A stretch of 64,000 nucleotides of DNA. Origin: Azolla caroliniana (taxonomy: Eukaryota > Plantae > Polypodiophyta). The notes under the pieces were generated by a model, which was not told the origin of the DNA, made no database searches, and worked only from the letters and a program-made list of their open reading frames with translations. The position numbers were made by a program, and so were the translations under genes. The stretch spans positions 9,362,001-9,426,000 of the forward strand of contig JBHGNT010000022.1 in assembly GCA_043228905.1 (NCBI GenBank). Direction: 5' to 3'. Shown in pieces: positions 1 through 12,605 of this stretch (position 1 is its first letter; every line of letters starts with the position of its first letter).

Positions 1-1257
1 TATATTAGATGTGTCCTCGAACGCTTCAACATGCAATCGGCAAAATCTGCTTCGACTCTGCTCCCCATTAGCCTTTGGTTGTCTTAGTGAGACTACCTGA
101 CATCCGGTTCAGAGGGGGAAACTATGAAGTTGGTACTCTATGCACCGATAGTCGGCTCCCTGATGTATGCGATGGTTGCGACACGGCCTGACATTGCTCA
201 CGCCGTAGGAGTCGTTAGAAGATTCATGCACAACCTTGGCCGATCGCAGTGGAACACAGTAAAGCATATGTTCAGATATCTGGTGGGCACAAAAGACGTT
301 GGCATTCTATTTGGCCCGAACGACACCTTAGGCTTAGTCGGCTATACCGACGTGGACTGTGCTGGATGTGTGGACAATCGAAAATCAACAATCGGATACC
401 GCTTTAATTTCGGCAATGGAGCAATCTCGTGGAAATCGAAACTTCAGGAGTGCACTACCACATCAACGACCGAGCAAGAATACGTAGCTGCGTCCAATGC
501 GGCGAAAGAGGCCTTATGGCTCGAACGGTTGGCTTGCACGTTTCGACAAGTCGAATTCACCTCGGCTCCAGTTATCTACAGTGACAGTCAGGGTGTTGTC
601 ACTCTATCGAAAAAGCTGGTTCAACACAACGCCTCGAAACACATCGACGTTCGATATCACTTTGTCGAAACTGCATCCTTTCAGGGAAAATCAGCCTCGA
701 GAAGATACCTACAACCAATATTGTCGTAGATGGAATGACCAAGTGTGTTTCGGCACCAGATGGGATAACTAAGAACCAGTCTGATTAAATCGGATACTCA
801 GGACGTTTTTTGAACAATCGAGTTCGACAGCTTGAAGCTTGGTCTTAGTTTTTCCCAATCTTGGCCAGTTCGGCCTTTAGTTTTTCGAAGTTTACTGACT
901 CGAACGAAATTTTGATTTGTTCGCAAACTTACGGGGGAGTGTTGAATGAGGGTCTCTAATGGACGTATTCACATTGTCTCCTTTTGGACACACTAGGTTT
1001 AGGCTATTTGTGTAAATAATGAGAAGGGTAGTTGCCCTAAGTTAATCAGTATATAAATTGACTTTCTAACCTAGTTTTGCTGTTGTTGCAAATATAGTTC
1101 ATCTTGTGCCTAACGTCTCTCTTTCTTCCATTCTTGTTGATCTTCATTCTTGATTCTGTCTCTAATTGCCATCAATCTTCTTCATTGCATCTATTAACGA
1201 TCTCCTCACAAAAGAGCGCTGAGATTGTGCCGCACCTAGACGCTCGCGTTCTCAACA
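1..1257 (+). mobile_element. 3' end of a Ty1/Copia LTR retrotransposon (RT-RNase H remnant, PPT, 3' LTR)
   Basis: ORF 124-729 has VGSLMYAMVATRPDI, GYTD, SWKSKLQ and KHIDVRYHF motifs. PPT-like ACGGGGGAG at 931-939 abuts an LTR TGTTGA...TCAACA (940-1257). Confidence 0.9.
940..1257 (+). repeat. Copia 3' LTR
   Basis: Starts TGTTGA right after the PPT, ends TCAACA (terminal inverted repeat), internal TATATAAA near 1050. Confidence 0.75.
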
Positions 1258-3184
1258 AATGGCACGTGCTTGGACAACTCCGTGATATTGCCACCATTTG
1301 GAAATCTTGATCAAGGTAGAATTAAGGAAATTTTATATTTGTAAAACATACGAATCTAATAGGATTGACCCAAGAGTATTTCCTTGAATCCCCTCCGCGT
1401 GGGAGGGTACCATGATGTGGTCATTATTATGAGCTATAAACATATACATAATGGGCAAACATTAATCGATGTCATGATCTCCCTTTAGTACCCTTCTATA
1501 TGTTTCAATATCAAGTAACTATGGTAACTAAAAGGTGTTTTAAAAACAATAGGGGTGACAAATGGATATATTTCCCTTATCTCTATATTCCTTTTTCTTA
1601 TGGCAGCTCCTGGAGGCTCAACCATGGTTTTTCACTTGATGGATAGTTTATACATGAAAAATATTATAAATAAATTAAGGCATTGTGCCCACCCATGTGG
1701 TTTTGGCTCTTTATATCCTATAACGAGGACCCCGAAGTGAACTAGTGTTATTCCTTTACATTAGCTTGTTTTTTCCAACCATTGTTGTGCTGATATCTAG
1801 TAATTTTTCTGGAAGTTTTTACTGGTGATGTTTCTTTAGCCTTGAAATAATGCCAAGAAGTTAAATTGCTTACTTAGTGATGTATCTCTTAGTCTCCTCT
1901 TCCACATTTTCGTAACATCTCGCTTTGTGATTGGTTGCTTTAATGTTTCTAAAAGAGTTTATGCTTTACCTTTTTTTATTCTCCATTGCTTCGATTTCTT
2001 ATCCCTTTATTAGAGATGAGATTTCACGAGAATTCTTGAAAAGAGAACAGAAAGCTCTTCGAGATTTGGCTTAGAGTCTTTTCAACCTTCATTTCAATCT
2101 AGAGAAGATCATATGACTCATGAAGCTTTTTCTTCTTTGTCAATACACCTACCTCAAGATATTTGCTGAAGGTGCACAGATGTTTCTTAGTGGAAAGTGA
2201 AATCCATTTAATATGATTTTCTACTTATCTCTCCTCTAGAAACACACAAACAAACAACCCAAATATCCTAGCACACTTTAGCTCCATGCTAACACACATA
2301 TAGATAAACAAACAAACATACCTATATACATACAAACGTATTTAAAAAAAAGAAAATTTATTAAATCGAATAATATAACCCTAAACTTAAGAACATCAAG
2401 TCCAAGTTACAAAAAAGGTGTGCAAAAGTAGTTGAAGAGGAGGTAAAAGTAGTATTTATACGTAAGCCAAATACGTTTCAAGGGGCTCAACTATCTTGTT
2501 TTAGTTTATCAAACCATGTAATGTCTTCTCTAGGTTTGAAAACCATCCTTGTATCTTCGCAAGGATGCTCACAAAAATATGGCTACTTGAGTACGGGAGA
2601 AAGAAGAGAAAAAGGAACATTCGACTACAACCCATCGTAAAACTCAAGAACACTTAAAAACTCTAAAATTTGAGAAAGCACTAAAACTAAAACTAAAACT
2701 AAAATTCTAAAATGTGACAAGGGGAACAAAATAATAATAAAAGAAAACACCATGAAAGAATTAACCCTCAAACAATGGACAAAACCCTAAAATCTAAACA
2801 ACCATAAAATAGATGAACAAAAATTAGCCCGATCCATTTACATCGGAAGAAAAATCCTTACCATGCAAAATGGAAACACATATAGAATCTTTAATAAACA
2901 CCTTTTGATCTATTAACATTAGCATATCTATTGTGGCCCCCCCACAACTAATGCAACATGTGTGTTATTAAATATTAACAAATGTGTGTTTAAATAAGAC
3001 TTTCTTCTCATAATATAATAGTACAGAACACTTTCTTGTATTATTGGAGTACATAAAACCTTTTTATATTACATATTGATGTGCATATCACCCGTTCTTA
3101 GATTATTGGCATATATAGCAACACTTTATATTACTTTTGTGCTCTTTTTGAACATAGATATTAATGGTGTGGATAACACTTTCA

Positions 3185-3436
3185 TATTGAATGGTGTATA
3201 CAACATTGTAAGAACTGGAGCTAAGGTGATGATTGTGTTCTTTTCCCTAATTGAGGGTGGGTACATGTGTAAGATGTGTGTAAACAACAAACTTTACGAG
3301 CGAATCTGATTATTGAATGGTGTATACAACATTGTAAGAACTGGAGCTAAGGTGATGATTGTGTTCTTTTTCCTAATTGAGGGTGGGTACATGTGTAAGA
3401 TGTGTGTAAACAACAAACTTTAGGAGCGAATCTCAT
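3185..3436. repeat. Tandem duplication, 2 x 126 bp
   Basis: TATTGAATGGTGTATACAAC...GAGCGAATCT is repeated at 3185 and 3311 with a few mismatches. Confidence 0.9.
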
Positions 3437-3924
3437 TATTGTGCCCTTTTCAGGGTTGTTACTAATGTAACATGTGGATACATAACACTTTATTGTACCC
3501 CTTTTCCGCGTTTTTGGAGGGTCACCATTGATAATGTGTCGTTATTGCTACAACACAGTGGCCATGGATATAACACATGGTTGTTACATGGTCAATAATA
3601 GTCTCGGTACGAAAGCCAAATCTTCAAAACAACAAAATATGATGTTGTTGTGGTCCACAACCCCAACTCCCATGTTTTTTATCAATTATGTTAGAAAAAA
3701 AATTACATAAGCCCATGAAATATTAGATATTTCAATGAAATACTAAAGAATTATTATGCAAACAATGGGCAAACAATACTCTTTTGGAGTACCATACATA
3801 CATACAAATAGTAATAAGTTTGGCCTTGTCCAAACCAACCAGGGTAAGCCTTAACTAGTTTGGCCCAATTTTGCTCCCTGTCGGCTTGAGCCTTCCCAAA
3901 CCGAGTTCAAACTAGTTTAGGAAG

Positions 3925-6707
3925 CCCAAGTTTCCTCTTGACGATGCGATGCAAGCCATCCTACTGATGTGCACACTGTCAGATAGCTGGGAGAACCTGG
4001 TGGTTACTCTCAGCACCTCTTGTCAAGAAGAGAACTTGTCTTTACAAGTGGTGAAGCAAAGCATCCTCAATGAGGAGACAAGAAGGATGGACAAGGGTGT
4101 CCTAGTACAGTTGGAGTCAAATTTGACTCAACACACCGGTAGAGGAAGAAACCGGCGAAGGAGTCCACCAAGGAAAGAAAAGTCTCAAGCCAAGTCGAAG
4201 TTCAAAGGTAAGCTCGTATGCTTTTATTGTGGAAAGCCTGGACATTTCCAGAAAGGACTGCCGACACCCCAAGAAGGAAAAGAGTGTCAATAATAATGTC
4301 GAACCCAGGAAGATTCCTGAAGAAAAGAACACTTCAACCATTGCTATGAATGAAGAACTTTTGTTCATTTGTGAACAGACAAGTGCAAATGTTGCAAGCG
4401 AAGAATGCACTTGGGTAATCGACTTCGGTGCATCTTTCCACGTAACTCTGTCAAGAGAGTATTTCTCGACTTACATAACCGATGATCATGGTTATGTAAA
4501 GATGGGTGACAGTGGGGAGTGGGAGATAGCCGGAATCGGAAGTGTTTTCCTGACGACGTCGACAGGGTGTCGATTGACTTTGGAGGATGTTTGACATGTC
4601 CCTGATATCAAATAGAACCTCATATCGATTGGAAAGATGGACGACGAAGGCTATAGTGGTATTTTTCATAATGGAAAGTGGAAATTATGTCGAGGAAATC
4701 TTATAGTGGCCCGAGCACAAAAAGAGGGCACATTGTATATGATGCATGCCCGATTGTGCAAGTCGGAAGTAAATGTGGCAGTTGACTCGAGTGTAGATTT
4801 ATGGCATAAGAGACTAGGCCACATGAGTGAGAAGGGATTGCATTTGTTGGCCGACCAGAAGCTTCTACCAGAACTAAAGGGAGTGCACATGGAGAAGTGC
4901 GTCGACTGCTTAGTTGGAAAGCAATAAAGAGCAGGAAGAAGAGAAGCTGCACTGGAACTGGTACACATGGATGTGTGTTATGTAGATGCTCTGCTGCATC
5001 GAGGCGGACTGTACTTTGTGACTTTCATCGATGACTACAGTTGGAAGTTGTGGGCTTCCGTACTAAAGTCAAAAGATCAAGTATTGTCATTTTTCAAGGA
5101 GTTCTAGGCAAGAGCTAAACGGGAGTCAAGTCGGAAGTTGAAGGCTTTCCAAACCGACAATGGTGGTGAATATAAAGGGTAGTTTGAGGAATACTTCAAG
5201 GCCCAAGGTATGCGAATTGAATACATAGTACCGAAGACCCTTGAGTTGAATGGGCTTGTAGAGAGGATGAACTGGACCCTCATGGAGAGAGTAAGGAGCA
5301 TGGTGTCACATGCTAAACTGCCAAAAATATATTGGGCTGAGGCGATCTACATGACTGTTTATCTTATCAACAAGTCTCCCTCAGTGCCATTTAAAGGTGA
5401 TGTCCCACAAAGGGTGTGGACAGAAAAATATGTCTCCTACCGACACTTGAGGGTGTTCAAATGTCTAGTATACATGCATGTGGCTAAGGATTAGAGGGCG
5501 AAGCTTGACAGTAAGTCGAAACCATGCATATTCATGGGATACTCGGAAGATGAGTTTGGCTATAGGCTATGGGATCTAGTCGACAAGAAGGTAGTGAGGA
5601 GTGGGGACGTAGTCTTCTTGGAAGACAAGACCATAGAGGACTGGAAGCAACAGAAGTCAGATTCGACTAACCAGTCAACCTCCACTACTATCGACTTGAG
5701 GCCAAGTGAACCAACACAGTCAGTTGTTTGGAGATAGCCAGTCGGCATCGCTGAATCCGAGTTAGTCGGGTCAGAGAGACCGACCAACTATGAGTTTGAG
5801 TCAGCAGATCTATTAAAGTCGATCAATGAATACGAATCAAAGTCAGTGGACATCTGACAACTGATCGACATGAACGAACCGAGAGAAGAGTTGTCAGAGA
5901 CATCCAAATGAGGGCCAGCAATGAGTGGAAGGAGACACCCACTCAAAGAAAGGAGAGCATCGATGACATATGCCAGTCAATACATCCTCTTGATTGATGA
6001 AGGTGAACCCAAGTGCTATGAAGAAGCCATTGCTGAGAAGCACAAAGAAAATGGTTGAGTGAAATGCAGGATGAGATGGATTCCCTGCATAAGAACTACA
6101 CCTATGACCTAGTCGAACTACCGAAAGGTAAGAGAGCACTCAGGAATAAATGGGTCTGCAAGGTGAAGACTGAAGAAGTCGACAATGCGCCTAGGTATAA
6201 AGCTCGCATTGTGGTCAAGGGTTACCAACAGAAAAAGGGTGTTGACTTTGACGAAATATTTGCGCCAGTCGTGAAGATGACATCCATTAGAACTGTTCTA
6301 AGCATAGTTGCCAGTATGGATCTGGAGATCAAACAATTGGATGTCAAGACAACATTCTTGCACGGGGAACTGGATAAAGAGATTTACATGCAGCAACCCG
6401 AAGGCTTTGAGGAGAAAGGGAAAGAGAACCTAGCGTGTCGATTGAAGAAAAGCTTGTATGGGTTGAAACAAGCTCCACGCTAATGGTACAAGAAGTTCGA
6501 GTCCTTCATGGTAGAACAAAGGCTCCAGAAAACACAGTCTAATCATTGTGTGTTCGTCAAAAGGTATGATGAAGGTAACTTCTTGATTCTCTTGTTATAT
6601 GTAGATGACATGTTGATAGTTGGTCAAGATACAAGGAAGATCGGAAGCTTGAAGAAAGCTCTAGGAAAATTGTTTGCCATGAAAGATCTTGAATCAGCGA
6701 AATAGAT
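3925..6707 (+). pseudogene. Copia A gag-pol remnant (zinc knuckle, PR, INT, RT)
   Basis: CFYCGKPGH, WVIDFGASFH, LWHKRLGHMSEKG, NGLVERMN, LKKSLYGLKQAPR, LLYVDDML, with many stops and frameshifts. Confidence 0.95.
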
Positions 6708-6995
6708 TGTTGAGAGACAAGCTCAATATCGGCTGGATCGGCTGAAGAAGCCGAGGACCGGATCGGTCGGGACCGATTGGTTAGGCCGAATGCGTAAACC
6801 GGTACGCAGACCGGTGCGTAGGTAGGGCCAGATCGGTGCGTAAACCGGGAGGCCGTTAGGAAAGATATTCCGTGAGGAATATATTTGGGAGTTAGTGTAG
6901 GAGCTCTTAATGAGCATTGAAGTACTGTCAGTACTTCAGTTAGTCCTTCTAGGACTTGTATAAAAGTGTTCATTGAACACACATATGCATAGTGT

Positions 6996-8243
6996 GTGAT
7001 CCGTACCCCCGAAGGCATATTGATCAACCAACGTCATTACGTGCTGAGTATGCTCTTCAAATTCGGCATGGCCGATTGTAAGTCTGTCTCGACTCCTCTG
7101 GACAGAACCGTCAAGCTTCGTCCCGATACGGGAAAGGTATGCGTCCCGACGAGGTTCCGACAAATTGTTGGAAGCCTCATATACTTGACCATCACCCGAC
7201 CCGACCTCAATTATCCGGTCGGAGTGATCAGTCAGTTCATGGCGCGACCTACCGAGGAGCACCTCCAGTGTCCGCAACGCATACTTCAGTATGTCAACGG
7301 CACTAAGGACTGGGGACTGCTATATCGGACCGGTGCAGCCGCACAGTTAGTCGGCTACACCGATGCTGATTGGGTTGGCAATGCCGCCGATCGCTGTTCC
7401 ACGTCCAGATACGCGTTCTCCCTCGGGAGTGCCGCGATCGCGTGGAGTAGTAAGAAGCAGCCGACAGTTGCACTGTCGAGCACCGAAGCTGAGTACCGAG
7501 GAGCGGCTGTTGCGACATGCGAAGCCATATGGTTGAAGCGGCTACTTAGGGACCTGCAAGAGGAGGTGTCAGATCCGATGACAATCTACTACGACAACCT
7601 CAGCAGCATCCAGCTCGCAAAAAACCCCGTTTTCCACGCACGGACCAAGCACATTGAGATGCACTACCATTTCGTCCGTGAGCGTGTCCTTTCCGGTGAA
7701 GTCGAACTTCAGTACGTTCCGACGGATCGGCAGACTGCCGACATCTTCACCAAACCTCTTGGTCTGGACAAGTTGCGGCAATTCTCAGGTGCGCTCGGAT
7801 TGCGTCACCTCGACGTGCCAAACTTGAGGGGGAGAACAGTCCCGAACGACCAAGCAAGGCAGCAGGAAAGGAGTGGAGACCGGGACACCGAGTCGGTTGA
7901 CTCGGTTGTCGAGTTCGACTTCGGATCCGCTGAAGAAGCCGAGGGCGGACCCGCGGAAAAGTCCGGAAGCGAACAGAAGGGGAGCAGCCGAAGGAGAGAG
8001 CTAAAGCCAGCCTCGCATGGGGAAGATGACGCCATCGAGGGCGAGAAGACCGAAGACAAGTTGGAGACAACCAACTCGGACGAGAGCGAAAACCGATCGG
8101 AGGTAGCCGAATCGGTTCAGATGTTTGATTCAGATACGCTGACTCAACCGAGGCCCAAGCGGAAGAAAAGGCAGCAAGAGAAGCCTCAACACCGCAACAA
8201 CAGAAGAGCTGATAAGGGCCACATGAGCGCGAGCGAGGCGTGA
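6996..8243 (+). pseudogene. Copia RT C-terminus + RNase H with ~140-aa charged in-frame extension (5' truncated)
   Basis: IVGSLIYLTITRPD, YTDADW, KHIEMHYHF and ADIFTKPL, followed by an acidic then basic tail. Confidence 0.9.
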
Positions 8244-8499
8244 AGCGAGGAGGAACCGGAGCTGTGAGCCCGAAGATCCCGAAGAGCCTCAAGTTGAGCT
8301 TGAGGGGGAGTGTGTTCGTCAAAACACAGTCTAATCATTGTGTGTTCGTCAAAAGGTATGATGAAGGTAACTTCTTGATTCTCTTGTTATATGTAGATGA
8401 CATGTTGATAGTTGGTCAAGATACAAGGAAGATCGGAAGCTTGAAGAAAGCTCTAGGAAAATTGTTTGCCATGAAAGATCTTGAATCAGCGAAATAGAT

Positions 8500-8957
8500 T
8501 GTTGAGAGACAAGCTCAACATCGGCCGGATCGGCTGAAGAAGTCGAGAACCAGATCGGTTGGGACCGATCGGTTAGGCCGAATGCGTAAACCGGTAAACA
8601 GACCGGTGCGTAGGTAGGGCCGTATCAGTGCGTAAACCGGGAGGCCGTTAGGAAAGATATTCCGTGAGGAATATATTTGGGAGTTAGTGTAGGAGCTCTT
8701 AATGAGCATTGAAGTACTGTCAGTACTTCGGTAAGTCCTTCTAGGACTTGTATAAAAGTGTTCATTGAACACACATATGGATAGTGTGTGGTGAATAGAG
8801 ATTGAGTATTTTTTGTTGAATATAGTTCTTGTGTTTTCTCTGTCTCACTCTCTCTGTCTCTCCCGCGTATACTGCATAAGCTCAAGCTCTCCATTAAACC
8901 TGAGTTTTCTTCCTTCTGTTCGGTCTTCATACTTGCTTCCGCACGTTACTTTTTACA
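8500..8957 (+). repeat. Complete LTR of the tailed Copia family
   Basis: TGTTGAG...TTTTACA flanked by TAGAT on both sides. Related to LTRs at 27984-28401 and 58213-58841. Confidence 0.9.
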
Positions 8958-9028
8958 TAGATCTTAGGGATGGACATAGTACGGGACAGAACTAAGAAAG
9001 TGTTGTGGTTGTTGCAAGAGAAATACAT

Positions 9029-9838
9029 TGTCATAGAAATCCGCGAGTACGTGTCGGCGTGGGCGGGACGACGAGGGTCTTGGCCTAGGGAGTAGAGGGG
9101 AAAATGGGAGCTTATCCCTTACGGCCTTCGAGCTCGAAAGGGTAAGAGAAAGAATAAGAGATTAACACAGTAGAGAAATAGATGGAGACAAGGTTCACCA
9201 AACTAATTCTATTATGAAGCACAAAAGCCACAAAATGATTACAACCACGAATGATTAGGCCGAACCCAAGCATAATTAGAAGAAACAAGAGAGATTGAAA
9301 TGCTAAACCTTCCTAACTACTACCACGATGACCAAACGAAAACCCTAAAACGAAATAGGCAAAGATGAAGTAGAAAAACCCTAACGGTCTACCTCTAACG
9401 ATAAAATGGCGAACCCTCAATGGTGACCCCTTACCCCTTTTTATAGTAGAAAGGGGAGAGGCTTATTACAAAAGGAGAGGCCAAATCTTCGGCTCCTTTC
9501 AAAGGGGGAATATTTGCATGATCTTAGGAGGAGAGATTGATGGGGCCTTAACTCCCTCTCCTCTCATTTTTCACACACAACCACACCCTCTACTTATTAC
9601 AACCGTACTTCCATGCACTCCCCTTTATTCTACATGTGTATGTGCACCTAAGTGCACATTACCTTTATACTTCACAAACTTTGTAGTGCACTTTCAACAC
9701 CTTACATTTTATCCTTCCTTTTACATTTGTTTTCTTATTCTTATTTTACAAATTTCGTAAGTGCTTGTGCAATGTTGCACATCCCATTTTATCCGTCCCG
9801 CTCGGGTTTTCTCACTATAGCCGAAAATCCTCATGACA
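9029..9838 (-). repeat. 3' LTR of element B
   Basis: TGTCAT...ATGACA termini. Homologous to 59737-60384 and near-identical to 22851-23640. Confidence 0.85.
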
Positions 9839-10451
9839 TCTAGCCCCACCAAACCGCACATCCACCAGTATATGCCAAGAAAGGGGAAGAGGTGAGATTT
9901 TCGGCAATGGTGATTAACCGGTTTCCTTCGCATCCTCGTCTAACTTCATCTTCCACTTCGAGCATGCCCATCCTTTCCACACGAACCATGGTAGCCTCTG
10001 GATCTACCATATCCACCGCATGTCCTCGAACCATCGGCTCCATCTGATCCACCATATCAGGCACTCGCACCTTCCTCCCCGACCGGTTTTAGTAGACCTC
10101 CCGAACGATTTCGCCGATCCAATCGCTCCTCCTTCCTTCACCGCGTGCATTGTCCGACTGGATTCTTGACCACTCTTTCCGCCGGCCTGTTCGCTTGTAG
10201 CCGCTCGCGTGTTCTGTTGTGTACTCGTTATTCGTTAATATACAAACACTTGTTTCTTCCTGTCTCTATGTCCATTCGCGTCTTCTGTGTTGACGGGCCA
10301 TGCCCCTGTGTTTCTTTGCTCATACGTGACCGGGTGTCTCTCTCCTTCTCTTTCCCCTTCTATCACCTGCTCTTCGGTTCAAGACCCAGGTGGTCCCGCC
10401 TTGTATCTCCACGCACACGCGTAACAACGCGACATCTTTGGTGAGCCCGAC

Positions 10452-12605
10452 GTGAAACAGGCGGCAGAGGAGCAGAAGATGAGGGGGTCGGATCTTGCAG
10501 AGGCCATGGCTTCGGCCGTGGACCAGATAGTGAGCGCACGCGAGGGCACTGGCGCCCTTGACAGGGCTATTGAGGTGATCGTCGGCACGATCGGCCGGTT
10601 CAGTGGAAAGGATGCCACGAGTTATTTGGTGTCCTACCGGGCGGAGATGTTGATGAGGGATATCCCAGAAGAGAGGCGTCTTGCCGAATTTCCTGGAGTG
10701 GCGATGCCGGGCATCCATGCGGAGGTGCTGGAGATCCGGGCGGAGAACCGGACCTGGGAAGAGTTCGAAGGACGGCTCCTGGAGAAATACGGGCTGGATG
10801 ACGCGTTTTGACTTACGAAGCGAAGCTTCATGGAATGGGTGGAGTCCCCCAACAAAGGAAGAAATGCATCGGTACTCCTCCGGGAGTTTGAGGAATGCTT
10901 TGCGCGCCTTTCGGCGCTCGATCGGATTGTTCTGGACACAAGTCGTGTCCTACTGTTTGTGAAATCGGTTGACACACGGGATTGGGGGCAAGTTGGCTCC
11001 TTACTGGAAACCGAAGACGGGCTGACGACCGACTGGGCCACGGTAAAGAGAGTCTACGGCCGTTTTGACAAACGGTTGGAGTGGGCTGATACAGAGGCGA
11101 CCGGGGCGGGACTTGTCGCAGCAAGGAAGCTCGAACCGATACCACAGGCACGAAGGGAAGAGACCCGGGAGTGGCTCGAAACCGGTTCGTCTTCGACCGG
11201 CGTGATCAGAGGCTCGTCCGGGGGAAGAGCTCTGGAGGAGTTGACGCGAGCGGTAAAGGATCTCCAGATCGCCTAGGCTCGGACGGAAGGCGGCGATTAG
11301 GCTCGTGACCGACGGCCTCCGGCAGGAAGTAGGTGCATGTGGTGCGACGAGGTCCGCCACATCCGGAAAGACTGTGGGGACTTTATGGAGGCTTTGAGAA
11401 GCCGGGTAGTGTACCTGTGGGAGGGTCGGGTGCACGCCAGAGATACCCGGAGGGCCCTGAACCGAAACGATGGAAGAGGAGGAATGAAAAGGCTGATGGA
11501 AGAGGCGGCAGCCCGACACGCGGAGACCGTCCACTACTCAGCGTCAGCCGGTATTCGGGTCGGGGGCAGCGGGGCCCGGAAGGAGAGCAAAGCCGAGTTC
11601 TGGCCGACGGTGCTGGAAGGCCTCGCTGGTGCCCGACTGAAGAGGGACGAGGTGGACCGCGCGGAGAAGCGGGTCCAAGAGGTAACCGGGTGGAGTGACC
11701 CGGTCGAAGAAAAGACGGGTTTCGTCGAAGCAGCTTGCCAGAACTACGAGGCTCTGGTTGAAGACAAACGGGTGGGTAGAAACGGAGGGACCGGACCCTC
11801 ACAGAGATACGAAACCTGATTCGGGCCGAAAAGGAACGAGGTCGGTGAGCCCAGTGCCCGGGATAAACACAAGAAGGGCGGATACCGGTTGGGCACGGAG
11901 ATCGAAAGGACCACGGACCTACGAAAGGTCCTGGAAGAACGAATCCTTGACAGCAAGGTGGAATTGTCGTTGCGAGAGGTGCTCGGGATAGCCAAGAAGG
12001 AGTTCCACGACTCCATCGTGGACTTGGTGAAGAGGAAGAGGTTGTCGATGGAGGTAGAGCCGGAAAGGCCGGTGGAAGTGCGGACGGCGCACATAGAGGA
12101 CATGGCGCTGGAAGACGAGTGGGCGGAGAGCCACTATTCGAGGCCACACTAGGCCCAAGCGACCACGGAAACCCCGGTGAAAATCGGAGATGTTCAGGAA
12201 CCGGTGGTGGCACTGGTGGACCACGGTTCGGAAATAAACCTTATGTCCATGGATTTCTACAAAAAGGGAAAATGGCCAATCAACACTAAGCACGGGTGGA
12301 AGATACGGGTGGCGACGCGCGCCACCGAGGAACTACACGGGGCCTACCCAAACGTACGAGTCAAGATCAGCGACGTCGAAATAGACCAGCACTTCTTTGT
12401 GCAGGAAACGTCCTCGCACCCGGTCATTCTAGGGGAACCGTACATTACGGCGGCGCGAATGGAGACCAAGGTGTTGGACAATGGGTCGGCTTACGCGAGG
12501 GTCAAGAGCCAAGACGGGCATCATTCAATCCAGTTCTTGACGGTACGACCCAACCACGAGCGAAACCGCGAGTCCCTCGGTGGCAAGAACCGAGAGGATT
12601 TTTAG
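10452..12605 (+). pseudogene. Gypsy gag-protease ORF (in-frame stops)
   Basis: gag-like GRFSGKDATSYL, knuckle-like CMWCDEVRHIRKDC, protease ALVDHGSEINLM and ILGEPY. Confidence 0.85.

Larger units (their letters stand above)
6708..8957 (+). mobile_element. Rearranged, internally deleted 'tailed' Copia inserted in Copia A
   Basis: TSD TAGAT at 6703-6707, 8495-8499 and 8958-8962. Partial LTR 6708-6998, RT-RH-tail ORF, PPT 8302-8310, duplicated flank 8321-8499, full LTR 8500-8957. Confidence 0.85.

Noticed and set aside
1258-1275. TGGCACG after the first LTR as a PBS
   Set aside because: Only 7 nt match and no internal domain follows.
1258-3920. Host gene or Helitron in the AT-rich interval
   Set aside because: Only short ORFs without motifs. 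No termini or splice structure could be supported.
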